This document shows, one piece after another, positions 19,619-28,928 of a stretch of DNA of 41,638 nucleotides. Made by a program: the position numbers and the translations under genes. The stretch lies in assembly GCA_036402855.1 (NCBI GenBank), contig DASWSC010000079.1, forward strand, positions 1-41,638. Direction: 5' to 3'. The notes beneath the pieces were generated by a model. It saw nothing but the letters and a program-made list of their open reading frames with translations. It ran no database searches and was not told the origin of the DNA. The stretch is from Candidatus Elarobacter sp. (GTDB taxonomy: Bacteria > Vulcanimicrobiota > Vulcanimicrobiia > Vulcanimicrobiales > Vulcanimicrobiaceae). Position 1 is the first letter of the stretch; the number at the start of each line of letters is the position of its first letter.

Positions 19619-19810
19619 ATGACGAACGATCCGATGTTCCCGACCGCCGCCGATGCCCTCGCTGCGCGCGACCGCGTCGAGCGGCTGGCCCCGGACGCCA
19701 GCCGCGACGAGCGCGCCTCGGCCCGCCTCGCGCGAGCGGCGATCTTCCAGGAGGCGCTGCTGGGCGCGCTGCGCGCGCACGCCGCCGAGCTGCGGACCGC
19801 GGCGCGATGA
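19619..19810 (+). CDS. Miniature FlgB-like rod protein
   Basis: First gene before flgC; C-terminal ARLARAAIFQEALLGALRAHAAELRTAAR resembles the FlgB terminal helix; 63 aa. Confidence 0.5.
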   Translation: MTNDPMFPTAADALAARDRVERLAPDASRDERASARLARAAIFQEALLGALRAHAAELRTAAR

Positions 19811-20175
19811 GCGAGCTCGACCTGCTCTCGGTCGCGGCCGACGGGATGAGCGTGCAGCGCAGGCTGCTCGACGTCGCGGCTCGCAACGTCGCGGCCGCGC
19901 AGGCCTCCACGCCGCAGCACCCCTACCCGCGGCTGGTCGCCCGTTTCGCGAGCGCCGATCCGGCCGATGCGTTCCTCGGCCCCTCCGACGACGACCAGGA
20001 GGGCCTCGACGGCGGCACGCGCTTCACCGGGACCGTCCGATCGGGTGAGACCGCGGACGCGCTCACCGAGATGATCGCCGTGCTCGATGCCCAGCGGGCG
20101 TTCGAAGCGAACGCCGGCGTCTTCGACGTCGGAAAACGCCTGGCGGAGCGGACGCTCGACGTGGGGCGCGGCTGA
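19807..20175 (+). CDS. flgC: Basal-body rod protein FlgC-like
   Basis: VAADGMSVQRRLLDVAARNVA...PYPR...TEMIAVLDAQRAFEAN...TLDVGR. Confidence 0.8.
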   Translation: MSELDLLSVAADGMSVQRRLLDVAARNVAAAQASTPQHPYPRLVARFASADPADAFLGPSDDDQEGLDGGTRFTGTVRSGETADALTEMIAVLDAQRAFEANAGVFDVGKRLAERTLDVGRG

Positions 20176-20450
20176 TGCGCGTCGACGTGCTCGTCCCCGA
20201 CGGGCCTGCCGCGCCGCGCGGACCGGCGGCGGCGCAGCCGGCTGCCAACGACTTCGCGCGGCTCGTCGACGCGGCCGGGACGATCCTCGCCGGCGCCGAT
20301 CGCGCCGAGTCGGCGTTCGCCGCGCACCGCGGCGGGCTGCAGGAGATGGTCGTCGAGCGCGCGCGCGCCGACGTGGCGCTGCAGGTCGCCGCGACGGCCG
20401 CGCAACGCACGGCGCAAGGACTCTCGACCCTGCTCGGGATGCAGATCTGA
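20175..20450 (+). CDS. fliE: Hook-basal body protein FliE-like
   Basis: About 90 aa, ADVALQVAA...LLGMQI C-terminus, position between flgC and fliF. Confidence 0.8.
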   Translation: MRVDVLVPDGPAAPRGPAAAQPAANDFARLVDAAGTILAGADRAESAFAAHRGGLQEMVVERARADVALQVAATAAQRTAQGLSTLLGMQI

Positions 20451-20452
20451 CG

Positions 20453-21913
20453 ATGACGGTGTCGCCGCTCGTGGCGCGCGTGCGCGCGGCATCGGCTCGC
20501 ACCCGGATCGCCGCGGCCGGTGCGGTCCTCACGCTCGCCGCGGCCGGCGCGCTCGGCATCGCGGCCTCGCGCGACGCCCGCGTTTCGCTGTTCGCGACGC
20601 CGCTCCGTGCCGAGCAGCTCGCCGAGGTCGAGCAGCGTCTCGCGGCGTGGAACGTTCCGCACGCGAGCGGGCCCGACAACGTGCGCGTCGAGCGCGGAAA
20701 GCGCGGCGAGCTGCTGCTGCGGCTCGCGCTGGCGGGCGTCCCGCACGCGCATCTGGCGGGGAGCGACGAAGCGCTCGCGCACGTCGGCGCGCTGACGCCG
20801 CAGAGCGTCCTCGAAGCGCAGACGCGCGACGCGCTCGCCGCCGATCTTGCGCTCGGCCTGCGCGGGATCGACGGCGTGATCGACGCGCGCGTCGTGATCG
20901 CGCCCGCCAGCGCCGGAATCTACGCCGACGAAACGACGCGCGACGCGAGCGCGAGCGTGCGCGTGACGCTCGCAGCCGGCGCGCGGCTCTCCGCGCGCAC
21001 GGTCGCCGGGATCAAGGCGTTCGTCGCGGGCGGTGTCCCGGCGCTCGACGCGGAGCGGGTGACCGTCCTCGACGACCGCGGCATCGCGCTCGCCGGCGGC
21101 TCGGACGACGCGGCGGACGTGCAGCTCGCGCTGCAGAGCGCGCTCGACGCGGCGTTCGGCGCCGGCGCGACGATCGTGCGCGCGCATCGCGAGCCCGACC
21201 CGGAGCGGCGCGACGTCCACGACGTGCGGCGCGCCGCCACCGGCGGCAGCATCGCACGCGCGACGACGGACGAACGCTACGCCTCGACGGCGAAGAAGTA
21301 CTCGAAGACGAGCGCGACCGAAGACCGCGGGAGCGAGCTGCGCGAGGAACGGCGGACCAGCGCGCCGGGTGCGACGGCGCGTTTGAGCGTCGCGGTCTTC
21401 GTCGACGCGGCGCGGGCGCTCGACCTCCGCAAGATCCGCGCGCTCGCCTCGGCGACGGCCGGGATTCGGACCGAGCGCGGCGACGCGCTCAGCGTCGAAG
21501 CGGTCGCCTTCGGCGAGCGGGGCGGCCGCGCACCGCGCACCCCGCCCTTGCCCGGATGGGCGCTGGCGCTGGCGGGACTCTTGCCGCAAGCGCTCAACGG
21601 TACCGTCGTCGTGCTGGTGGTCGCGTTCGCGGCGAAGCCGCTCGCCGGGCTCGCGTTGCGCGCGGCGGAATCCGCGTCGGCCCGGCGCGCGGCGCGCGAG
21701 GTGGCCGGAATCCCGCCGGCGCGCGTGCACAGCGCGCTCGCGCACGAGCCGCCGCACGTCGCGGCCGCGATCATCGCGGGGCTTCCCGCCGCGACCGCCG
21801 CGGAGGTTCTCGAGCTGTACGGTGCACCCGAGCGCGCCGCCATCGTGCGCCGCCTCGCGCACGCCAACACGTCGCTGCTCCCCGCACCCGAGGAACTGTT
21901 CCGTGCCCGCTGA
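20453..21913 (+). CDS. fliF: MS-ring protein FliF (YscJ/FliF family) fused to a FliG middle-domain-like segment
   Basis: N-terminal TM, GIDGVIDARVVI, ASASVRVTL, VPALDAERVTVLDDRG, RLSVAVFVD, RGDALSV, second TM, then HEPPHVAAAIIAGL...ERAAIVRRLA. Confidence 0.82.
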   Translation: MTVSPLVARVRAASARTRIAAAGAVLTLAAAGALGIAASRDARVSLFATPLRAEQLAEVEQRLAAWNVPHASGPDNVRVERGKRGELLLRLALAGVPHAHLAGSDEALAHVGALTPQSVLEAQTRDALAADLALGLRGIDGVIDARVVIAPASAGIYADETTRDASASVRVTLAAGARLSARTVAGIKAFVAGGVPALDAERVTVLDDRGIALAGGSDDAADVQLALQSALDAAFGAGATIVRAHREPDPERRDVHDVRRAATGGSIARATTDERYASTAKKYSKTSATEDRGSELREERRTSAPGATARLSVAVFVDAARALDLRKIRALASATAGIRTERGDALSVEAVAFGERGGRAPRTPPLPGWALALAGLLPQALNGTVVVLVVAFAAKPLAGLALRAAESASARRAAREVAGIPPARVHSALAHEPPHVAAAIIAGLPAATAAEVLELYGAPERAAIVRRLAHANTSLLPAPEELFRAR

Positions 21914-22412
21914 GTTCGTCTCGCTGGCCGACGTGCTGCGCCGGCCCGCCGTCTCGCATCTCGCTCCGCCGCGCGCCGCCGAGTCGGGCACGCCGCCCGG
22001 CTGCGACGTCGAACCGCGCGCGGTCGCCGTTGAGGACCCGCCCGATCGCGCGCACTCCGGAGATGAAGAGCTCGTCGCCACCGTGCGGGACGCGCGCCTC
22101 TTTCGCGCACGGCTCGCGGACGCGTTCGACGATGCCGCGGCGCGGCTGCTCCGCGAGCTCGCGGCCTCGGTCCTCGCCCGCGAGCTGCGGACCGCCCCGT
22201 GCGAGCTCGATGCGCTGGTCGCCCGGGTGCGCACGCGCATCCCGGTAGCGCGCGTCCGCGTCGCGCCCGCGGACGTCGCGCGGATCTCGGGCGTCCCCGT
22301 GACCGGCGATCCGGCGCTCGCCGCCGGCGATGCCGTCGTCGAGGTCGCCGGCGGCGCGCTCGACCTGCGGCTCGGGGTTCGTGTCGCCGCCGTCCTCGAG
22401 GCGTGCCGATGA
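21903..22412 (+). CDS. fliH: Short FliH/SctL-like stator protein
   Basis: RVRVAPADV...DPALAAGDAVVEVAGGALDLRL C-terminal motif; directly before the ATPase. Confidence 0.7.
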   Translation: MPAEFVSLADVLRRPAVSHLAPPRAAESGTPPGCDVEPRAVAVEDPPDRAHSGDEELVATVRDARLFRARLADAFDDAAARLLRELAASVLARELRTAPCELDALVARVRTRIPVARVRVAPADVARISGVPVTGDPALAAGDAVVEVAGGALDLRLGVRVAAVLEACR

Positions 22413-23650
22413 TCGGCCGGGCGCTGGGCGCGGTGACGGCGGCGCGCGGCGATCTCGTCGAAGCCGAGCTGCCGTTCGCGCGCGTCGGCGAGGGCGTGCG
22501 CGTCTGCGCGCGGGACGCCGCGGTGAACGCGCGCATCGCCGCCCTCCGCGAGACGCGCGCGCTGCTCGCGCCGTTCGGTCCGGTCGACGGCGTCGCGCGC
22601 GGCGACCGCGTCGCCGCCGACCCCGCGGCGCTCACCGCACCGCTCGGGACGGCGCTCCTCGGGCGGGCGATCGATGCGTCGGGGGCGCCGCTCGACGGGG
22701 GTGGCGCACCGCGCGGCCGGCGCGTCGCGGTCGCGCTCGAGGCGCCGCCTCCGGGCTCGCGACGGCCGTGCGAGGGGATCTTCTGGACCGGGGTGCGCGC
22801 GATCGACGGTCCGCTCGCGATCGGGCGGGGCGCGCGGATCGGCGTCTTCGGCGAAGCGGGCGCCGGGAAGTCGACGTTGCTCGACGCGATCGTGCGCGGC
22901 GCGGCCGCCGACGCCGTCGTGCTGGGGCTGGTCGGCGAGCGCGGCCGCGAAGCCGAGCGTGCCCTCGCGCGGCTCGACCCGCGGACGACGATCGTCTGCG
23001 CGACGGCGGATCGCGCTCCCGCCGAGCGCCTCCGCGCCGCCGAGGTCGCCGCGGCGCAAGCCGCCGCCCTGCGCCGCCGCGGCCTCGCCGTGCTGCTGGT
23101 GATCGATTCGCTCGCCCGCGTGGCGGGCGCGGCGCGGGAGGTTGCGCTCGCCGCGGGCGAGCCGGCCGGCCGCGGCGGCTACCCGCCGAGCGTCTTCGCG
23201 GCCCTCGCGCGGCTGCTCGAGTCGGCCGGTTCGGACGGGCGCGGGAGCGTCACGCTGATCGCGACCGTCCTGAGCGACGGCCCGCACGAAGCCGATCCCG
23301 TCTCCGAGGCGGCGCGAGCGGCGCTCGACGGGCACCTGGTCCTCTCCGGCCGGCTCGCCCGCGCGGGCCGCTTCCCCGCCGTCGACGTCGCGCAGAGCGC
23401 GAGCCGGACGCTGGCGGAGGTCGCGAGCCCCGAGCACCTGGCCGCGGCGCGCGCCGTGCGGGCGGCGGTCGCGGCGCTGGACGAGTCGCGCGACGCGCGG
23501 GCTCTCGGCGTCGCCTCCGCCGGCCCCGATCTGGCGCGGTGCGTCGCCGCCGAGGCCGAGCTCGAGCGGTTTCTGCGCCAAGGCCCCGAGCCGTCCGAGC
23601 GGCGAGCGACGCTCACGGCGCTTCTCCGGCTCGCCGATACCCTTCCATGA
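22409..23650 (+). CDS. fliI: Type III export ATPase FliI/SctN
   Basis: TGVRAIDG, Walker A GEAGAGKST, GERGRE, LLVIDSLAR, GYPPSVF, LDGHLVLS. Confidence 0.92.
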   Translation: MIGRALGAVTAARGDLVEAELPFARVGEGVRVCARDAAVNARIAALRETRALLAPFGPVDGVARGDRVAADPAALTAPLGTALLGRAIDASGAPLDGGGAPRGRRVAVALEAPPPGSRRPCEGIFWTGVRAIDGPLAIGRGARIGVFGEAGAGKSTLLDAIVRGAAADAVVLGLVGERGREAERALARLDPRTTIVCATADRAPAERLRAAEVAAAQAAALRRRGLAVLLVIDSLARVAGAAREVALAAGEPAGRGGYPPSVFAALARLLESAGSDGRGSVTLIATVLSDGPHEADPVSEAARAALDGHLVLSGRLARAGRFPAVDVAQSASRTLAEVASPEHLAAARAVRAAVAALDESRDARALGVASAGPDLARCVAAEAELERFLRQGPEPSERRATLTALLRLADTLP

Positions 23651-24273
23651 TGGACGTCTTCGGAGAGATCGCCGCGGTCCAGAACCGGATCGCGGAGATC
23701 ACCGGCGCCCCGGCACGGGGGAGCGTGCAGCCCGTTCCGGTCCCCGCCGCGGCGAGCGCGCCGCGCTTCGCGAGCGCGCTCGCGCAGGCGATGCATCCGA
23801 ATCCCGCGCTGGGCCTCGAGCCGGGCGGTCCCGATGCGCCCGGGACCGGCCTTCCGTCGCGCGTCTCGGCGCCCGCTCCGCCGGCCCAGATCGACGCGCT
23901 GGTCGAGCAGAACGCCGCCACGTGGCAGGTCGATCCCGCGCTGATCAAGGCGGTGATCGCGAACGAGTCCGGCTTCAACGCGAACGCGACCTCCGGCGCC
24001 GGCGCGCAAGGGCTCATGCAGCTCATGCCGGAGACCGCCTCGTCGCTCGGCGTGCGCGATGCGTACGATCCCGTGCAGAACGTCGCCGGAGGGACGCGCT
24101 ATCTGCGCGGCTTGCTCGACCGCTTCCACGGCGACAAGCGGCTCGCGATCGCGGCCTACAATGCGGGACCGGGTGCGGTGGAGAAGTACGGCGACGTCCC
24201 GCCGTATGCCGAAACCAAAAATTACGTCGAAAACGTCCTGGCTTCGTTCGACAAGTACAGCGGCGCTCGTTAG
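23647..24273 (+). CDS. Lytic transglycosylase (SLT domain)
   Basis: AVIANESGFN, GAQGLMQLMP, AAYNAG, PPYAETKNYV. Confidence 0.92.
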   Translation: MMDVFGEIAAVQNRIAEITGAPARGSVQPVPVPAAASAPRFASALAQAMHPNPALGLEPGGPDAPGTGLPSRVSAPAPPAQIDALVEQNAATWQVDPALIKAVIANESGFNANATSGAGAQGLMQLMPETASSLGVRDAYDPVQNVAGGTRYLRGLLDRFHGDKRLAIAAYNAGPGAVEKYGDVPPYAETKNYVENVLASFDKYSGAR

Positions 24274-25807
24274 CGCGCTGCTCGCGCTGGCCGTCGCTCC
24301 GGCCGCCGCGAAGCGTCCCGCCGATGCCGACGTTCCCGTCGCGACCGTCGTCGCGGCGTACGACCGCGCGACGCACGCCGACGACATCCGCACCTTCGCC
24401 GCGGAAGGGACGCTCGCCGGGAACGGCCTGACCGGGACGTTCACCATCGTGCGCGACGGAACGAACGAGCGCGAAGACGACGTGCTCGGCCCGCGCCACG
24501 ACACGTCGCTGCGGCTCGGCGACCGTTTCTTCATGCGGAACCCGAACGGCAACGTCCGCGAGCTGCGCGGCTTCCTGCGGCGGCGCGCGCGAACCGAAGA
24601 GGTGATCGACTCCGGTGCGTTCATCCGGCACCCCGAGCTCGCGCGGTTCGCCGGCTGGGGCGACGCGAACGGGACGAAGGTGTGGCGGCTCGAGGTGAAC
24701 GCGCAAGGCGGCGAGCCGGAGACGCTCTGGATCGATCCCGCGAGCGGCTTCCCGCTGCGGCTCGAGTACTTGGACGGCGACGGACCGACGTTCGTCGACT
24801 ACGCCGACTGGCGTGACGTCAAAGGCCGGAAGATCGCGTTTCGGAGCACGATCAGCGACGGCGACCACCGCTTCGACACCGTGCAGCAGACGACGGGGGT
24901 GCGGATCGACGAGCCGGTCGACCCCGCGAACTTCGCCCCGCTGGCGCCGCGCGTGCTGGCGACCGGCGGCGTCCACACCGTGCCGCTGGTCGAGCGCGGC
25001 GGACACGTCGGCGTGACGGTGCGGATCGCGAACCGCGACTGGTTCTTTCTGCTCGACACCGGCGCGCAGTCGATCCTGGTCGACGCGGCGGTGCTCAAAG
25101 CGGCCGGGATTGCGGGACAGGGCGCGATGGAGGTGCGCGGCGCGTCGCGCAGCGGCGGCCTGACCGTCGCAGTGCTGCCGAAACTCGAAGTCGACGGGGC
25201 GGCGATGGACGACGTCGTCGTCTCGTCGCTCGACATCGCGCACAGCCTCGGCGGCGGCCTGCAGATCGACGGCATCCTGGGCTATCCGTTCCTCGCCTCG
25301 GCGGTGGTCGAGATGGACTTCGCGGCGCATGCGCTGCGCTTCGGGCCGCCCGGCTCGTTCGTTCCGCGCGGGACCCCGGTGCCGCTCGACGTCGACCGCG
25401 AGCTCGCCGAGGCGACGCTGCGCGTCAACGGCCGCCTCGACGCGCCGTTCATCGTCGACACGGGGAACAGCGGCGAGATGCTGCTGTACCGCCCGTTCCT
25501 CGACGCCCATCCGGGTCTCGTCCCCTTCGCGCCCTCGACGTCGTGGAACTACGGGATCGGCGGCGCGAACGCGACGTACCGCACCTCGCTCGACGAGCTG
25601 AAGCTGGCCGGCTTCGATCTGTACCATCGCAGCGTCGACGTGGTGCTGGCGAAGAACGGTGCGTTCGCCGATCGCGTCGACGCCGGGAACGTCGGCTTGG
25701 GCGTGCTGCGCAACTTCGTCGCGACGTTCGATCTCGGCAACGCGTCGATGTATCTCGCGCCGGGCCCTGCGTTCGACGACGGCAGACGCCGAACCGCGCG
25801 CATCTAG
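24206..25807 (+). CDS. Exported aspartyl protease with two retropepsin-like domains and an N-terminal beta-rich domain
   Basis: Signal-peptide-like N-terminus; FLLDTGA...IDGILG and FIVDTGN...GNVGLG; start uncertain. Confidence 0.82.
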   Translation: MPKPKITSKTSWLRSTSTAALVSALLALAVAPAAAKRPADADVPVATVVAAYDRATHADDIRTFAAEGTLAGNGLTGTFTIVRDGTNEREDDVLGPRHDTSLRLGDRFFMRNPNGNVRELRGFLRRRARTEEVIDSGAFIRHPELARFAGWGDANGTKVWRLEVNAQGGEPETLWIDPASGFPLRLEYLDGDGPTFVDYADWRDVKGRKIAFRSTISDGDHRFDTVQQTTGVRIDEPVDPANFAPLAPRVLATGGVHTVPLVERGGHVGVTVRIANRDWFFLLDTGAQSILVDAAVLKAAGIAGQGAMEVRGASRSGGLTVAVLPKLEVDGAAMDDVVVSSLDIAHSLGGGLQIDGILGYPFLASAVVEMDFAAHALRFGPPGSFVPRGTPVPLDVDRELAEATLRVNGRLDAPFIVDTGNSGEMLLYRPFLDAHPGLVPFAPSTSWNYGIGGANATYRTSLDELKLAGFDLYHRSVDVVLAKNGAFADRVDAGNVGLGVLRNFVATFDLGNASMYLAPGPAFDDGRRRTARI

Positions 25808-25869
25808 CAACAACTTCGCAACGCGGGCGCTGCCCGCCGCACGGTATGGTCGCTGCGGAGGGATTCACG

Positions 25870-26406
25870 ATGCAGCAGCACACCACCGGCGTCGCCTTCG
25901 TCGCGACGCACCTCGCGCACACCGACCGGCGCGCGCTCTCCGAAGCCTGGTACAGCGCGCTGCACCTCGCCGGCGACGCACACCGTGCCGCGACGCCGAA
26001 CCGAAGCGTCGCGCGGCGCCCCGTTGCGGCGAAGCCTGCGCCGGGTGCGCGGGTCGAGCGCGTCCACGCGACCGGCGTGACCCCGCCGCGCGCCGCGCGC
26101 GATGCGGGGCGCGCGACCGCCCGGCACGACGTCGCCGCGGTCACACCCGAGCGGCGGGCGGCGAAGACGCCGCTCGCGAGCCGCATCGCGGCTGCGCTGA
26201 ACCGGCGCGCGGCATGTGCCGGGGCCCGCTCGTTCGCGGTGGCGACGGCGGACGGCCGCATCCACGTGGTCGTTCGGAGCGACGGCGCGCGGACGCGCAT
26301 CGTCGCGGTCTGCACGCCCTCGCTGCGCGAGCGGGTCGAGCGCGCGCTGGCCCAGGCGCGCTTCGCGCTCGCCGGACACGGCCTGAACACCGAGGCGGCG
26401 CGATGA
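25870..26406 (+). CDS. Short FliK/SctP-like length-control protein
   Basis: Low-complexity P/A/R middle plus C-terminal GRIHVVVRSDG..TRIVAV..SLRERVERALAQARFALAGHGL (FliK-C-like); at the fliK position. Confidence 0.55.
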   Translation: MQQHTTGVAFVATHLAHTDRRALSEAWYSALHLAGDAHRAATPNRSVARRPVAAKPAPGARVERVHATGVTPPRAARDAGRATARHDVAAVTPERRAAKTPLASRIAAALNRRAACAGARSFAVATADGRIHVVVRSDGARTRIVAVCTPSLRERVERALAQARFALAGHGLNTEAAR

Positions 26407-27128
26407 ACGGCGCCTCGCCGCTCGATGCGTACGAACGCGTCCTCTCGCGGGCGCAGGATCTGCGCGACGCGTTCCGCGCCGGTGCGCTCCCCCTCAACCA
26501 CGACGTGCAGGCCGGGGCGCACGTCGTCCCGTCGAGCGATCCGCTAAGTATCGTCCCGCCGCCCGGCGCATGGCTGGTCACGCGCGGCGCCGACGGTGTC
26601 CGCGCCTACGAGCGCGACGGGACGCTGACGCTCGACGACGGCGTGCTGCGGGCGCGCGACGGCGCCGAGGTGCTCGGCTATCCGGGCGGTGCGTCGCACG
26701 GCGCGATCCCCGTTCCGCTGCGGGTCCCGGAGATCGATCGCGCGCTCGGGCGCGCGGCCGGCGCGCGCGTCGCCGAGGACGGAACGGTGGCGTACGAGCG
26801 CGCCGCGATCGACCCGCGCACCGGCGTCCGCCGCGCCGAGCGCGTCGTGCTCGGACGCGTCGCGCTGGCGCGCTTCCCCGCCGGGACGCAGCCGGCGCGG
26901 CTCGACGCGACGCGCGCCGCCGCGCCGCCGGGCGTCGCGCCGCACCTCGGGACGCCGCGCGACGGGACGTTCCCGGCGCTCGCCGCGGCCAGCCGCGACG
27001 CGGGGACGATCGACCTCGTCGCGGGCGTCGCGCGGCTGGACGAGGCGTACCGCGCGTTCGAGGCGCTCGGCGCCGCGGTGAAGTCGCGGGCGAGCGCGCA
27101 GAAGACCGCCGTGGACCTCGTGAAGTGA
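26403..27128 (+). CDS. FlgE/F/G-family rod/hook subunit (rod-sized, 241 aa)
   Basis: [26 protein letters not shown]...GAEVLGY; C-terminal [19 protein letters not shown]...TAVDLVK. Confidence 0.75.
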   Translation: MNGASPLDAYERVLSRAQDLRDAFRAGALPLNHDVQAGAHVVPSSDPLSIVPPPGAWLVTRGADGVRAYERDGTLTLDDGVLRARDGAEVLGYPGGASHGAIPVPLRVPEIDRALGRAAGARVAEDGTVAYERAAIDPRTGVRRAERVVLGRVALARFPAGTQPARLDATRAAAPPGVAPHLGTPRDGTFPALAAASRDAGTIDLVAGVARLDEAYRAFEALGAAVKSRASAQKTAVDLVK

Positions 27129-27928
27129 TCGGCGGGGCGACCTTCGGTGCGCCGGGTCCGCGCGTTCGCCGGCTGCGTTTCCTCCCGCGCGCGCCGGTCT
27201 CGCTCGAGGCGGCCTGCGCGGCCGCGAACGGGATCCGCGAGACGCTGCGCGAGCTGCTCGGCGAACGCTGCGAGCTCGTGATCGGCGAGCCTGCCGCGCT
27301 CTCGCCGGAGGCGTGGGCGGCGCTCGCGCACGACGCGCACCTGTTTCTGACGCGCGGGCGCCGCACCGACGTGGTCCTCGTGCTCCCGAAAGCCGACGCG
27401 CGGCGGCTGGTGCTCCGCGCGTTCGGCGAGACGGGCGGCGGCTCCGGGGCGCCTCTCCCGGACGCCGCGTGCTCCGTCCTCGAGCTGCACGCGCTCGAAC
27501 GGATCGCGGTGCGTTGTTCCGCGGCGTTCGCGCCGCTCGCCGCGGAGCGCGACGCGCCGCGCCGGGTCGCGGCTCGCGAGCTGCCCGCGTGCGCCGCGTA
27601 CTTCGATCTGCGCGTCCACGAGCCGGTCGCGTTGACGCTGGGGATCGGGATCGTGCGCGACCTCCCCGACCCGCCGCCGGCCGGGGCGCTGGCCGCCGCC
27701 GCGCTCGACGCCGTCGCCGTCGAGGTGCGGGCAGTCTTCGCGGAGGGAACGCTCGACGCGGGAGAGTTCGTGAAGATGCGGCCGGGCCACGTCGTGAAGC
27801 TCGACACCAAGGTCGGCGCTCCGGCATCCTTGAAGCTTGGAACCCGACGCCTTGCAACGGGCGTCCCCGGCGTCGTCGCTTCGAGCACCGCCTTTCTGGT
27901 TCACGACGTCGCCCAGGGAGCGCAATGA
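27125..27928 (+). CDS. Divergent FliM/SctQ-like C-ring protein (C-terminal SpoA domain)
   Basis: [34 protein letters not shown] SpoA pattern; precedes fliN. Confidence 0.65.
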   Translation: MIGGATFGAPGPRVRRLRFLPRAPVSLEAACAAANGIRETLRELLGERCELVIGEPAALSPEAWAALAHDAHLFLTRGRRTDVVLVLPKADARRLVLRAFGETGGGSGAPLPDAACSVLELHALERIAVRCSAAFAPLAAERDAPRRVAARELPACAAYFDLRVHEPVALTLGIGIVRDLPDPPPAGALAAAALDAVAVEVRAVFAEGTLDAGEFVKMRPGHVVKLDTKVGAPASLKLGTRRLATGVPGVVASSTAFLVHDVAQGAQ

Positions 27929-28185
27929 TGGCCATGACCGAGCAAGGCAAGAACCTCGACCTCTTGATGAACGTGCCGCTGAAGGTGACGGCGGAGCTCG
28001 GCACGTGCAAGATGCTGGTGCGCGACATCCTCAAGCTGGGGACGGGCTCGATCGTCGAGCTCGACCGGCTCGCGGGCGGTCCCGTCGACCTGCTGGTGAA
28101 CGACCGGCTCGTCGCGCGCGGCGAGGTCGTCGCGATCGACGAGAACTTCGGCGTCCGCATCACCGAGCTGATCGAGAAACCGTAA
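27925..28185 (+). CDS. fliN: C-ring protein FliN
   Basis: [17 protein letters not shown]...[44 protein letters not shown]. Confidence 0.95.
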   Translation: MMAMTEQGKNLDLLMNVPLKVTAELGTCKMLVRDILKLGTGSIVELDRLAGGPVDLLVNDRLVARGEVVAIDENFGVRITELIEKP

Positions 28186-28230
28186 CACCGCGGCCACCGG
28201 CCGGTTCGCGCCGGCGCGCACGATGGCCGC

Positions 28231-28890
28231 ATGGACGACCTGCTCACCATCGCGCGGCACGGGCACTCGGCGCTCCCGCTCGACGTGCTCGCCGCGCTGA
28301 CGCTCTTGTCGGTGGCGCCGTTCGTGCTCGTGCTCTCGACCTCGTTCGTGCGGATCGTCGTCGTGCTCTCGCTGGTGCGCTCGGCGATCGGCGCCTCGAC
28401 GCTGCCGCCGAACGCGGTGCTCACCGGCCTCGCGCTGGTGCTGACGATCGTCGTGATGACGCCGACGTTCGAGACGGTGCAGCACGATGCGATCCGGCCG
28501 TACGCCGCCGGTACGCTGAGTCAGTCGGCGTTTCTCGAACGCGCGAGCCGGCCGCTGCGCGCCTTCATGCTGCGCCAGACGAAGGCCCGCGATCTCGCGG
28601 TGTTCGCGCGGCTCGCGCACCGGCCGGACGGCGAGGCGGCCGCCGAGGCGCCGCTGACGGTCGTCATCCCGTCGTTCGTCGTCGGCGAGCTGCGCGCGGC
28701 GTTCGCGATCGGCGTCGCGCTCTATCTTCCGTTCGTCGCGATCGATCTCGCCGTCGCCGCGATCCTGATGGGGATGGGGATGGTCATGCTCAGCCCGCCG
28801 GTCATCTCGCTCCCGTGCAAGCTGCTGCTCTTCGTGATGGTCGACGGTTGGGCGCTGGTCTGCGCCGGCGTCGTGCAGAGCTTCCGCTGA
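28231..28890 (+). CDS. fliP: Export gate protein FliP/SctR
   Basis: TSFVRIVVVLSLVR, PPNAVLTGLAL, YLPFVAIDL, GMVMLSPPVISLPCKLLLFVMVDGW. Confidence 0.93.
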   Translation: MDDLLTIARHGHSALPLDVLAALTLLSVAPFVLVLSTSFVRIVVVLSLVRSAIGASTLPPNAVLTGLALVLTIVVMTPTFETVQHDAIRPYAAGTLSQSAFLERASRPLRAFMLRQTKARDLAVFARLAHRPDGEAAAEAPLTVVIPSFVVGELRAAFAIGVALYLPFVAIDLAVAAILMGMGMVMLSPPVISLPCKLLLFVMVDGWALVCAGVVQSFR

Positions 28891-28928
28891 CGGCGGGACG
28901 ACCGCTCCGCGCCGCGAAGCCGCGGCGT

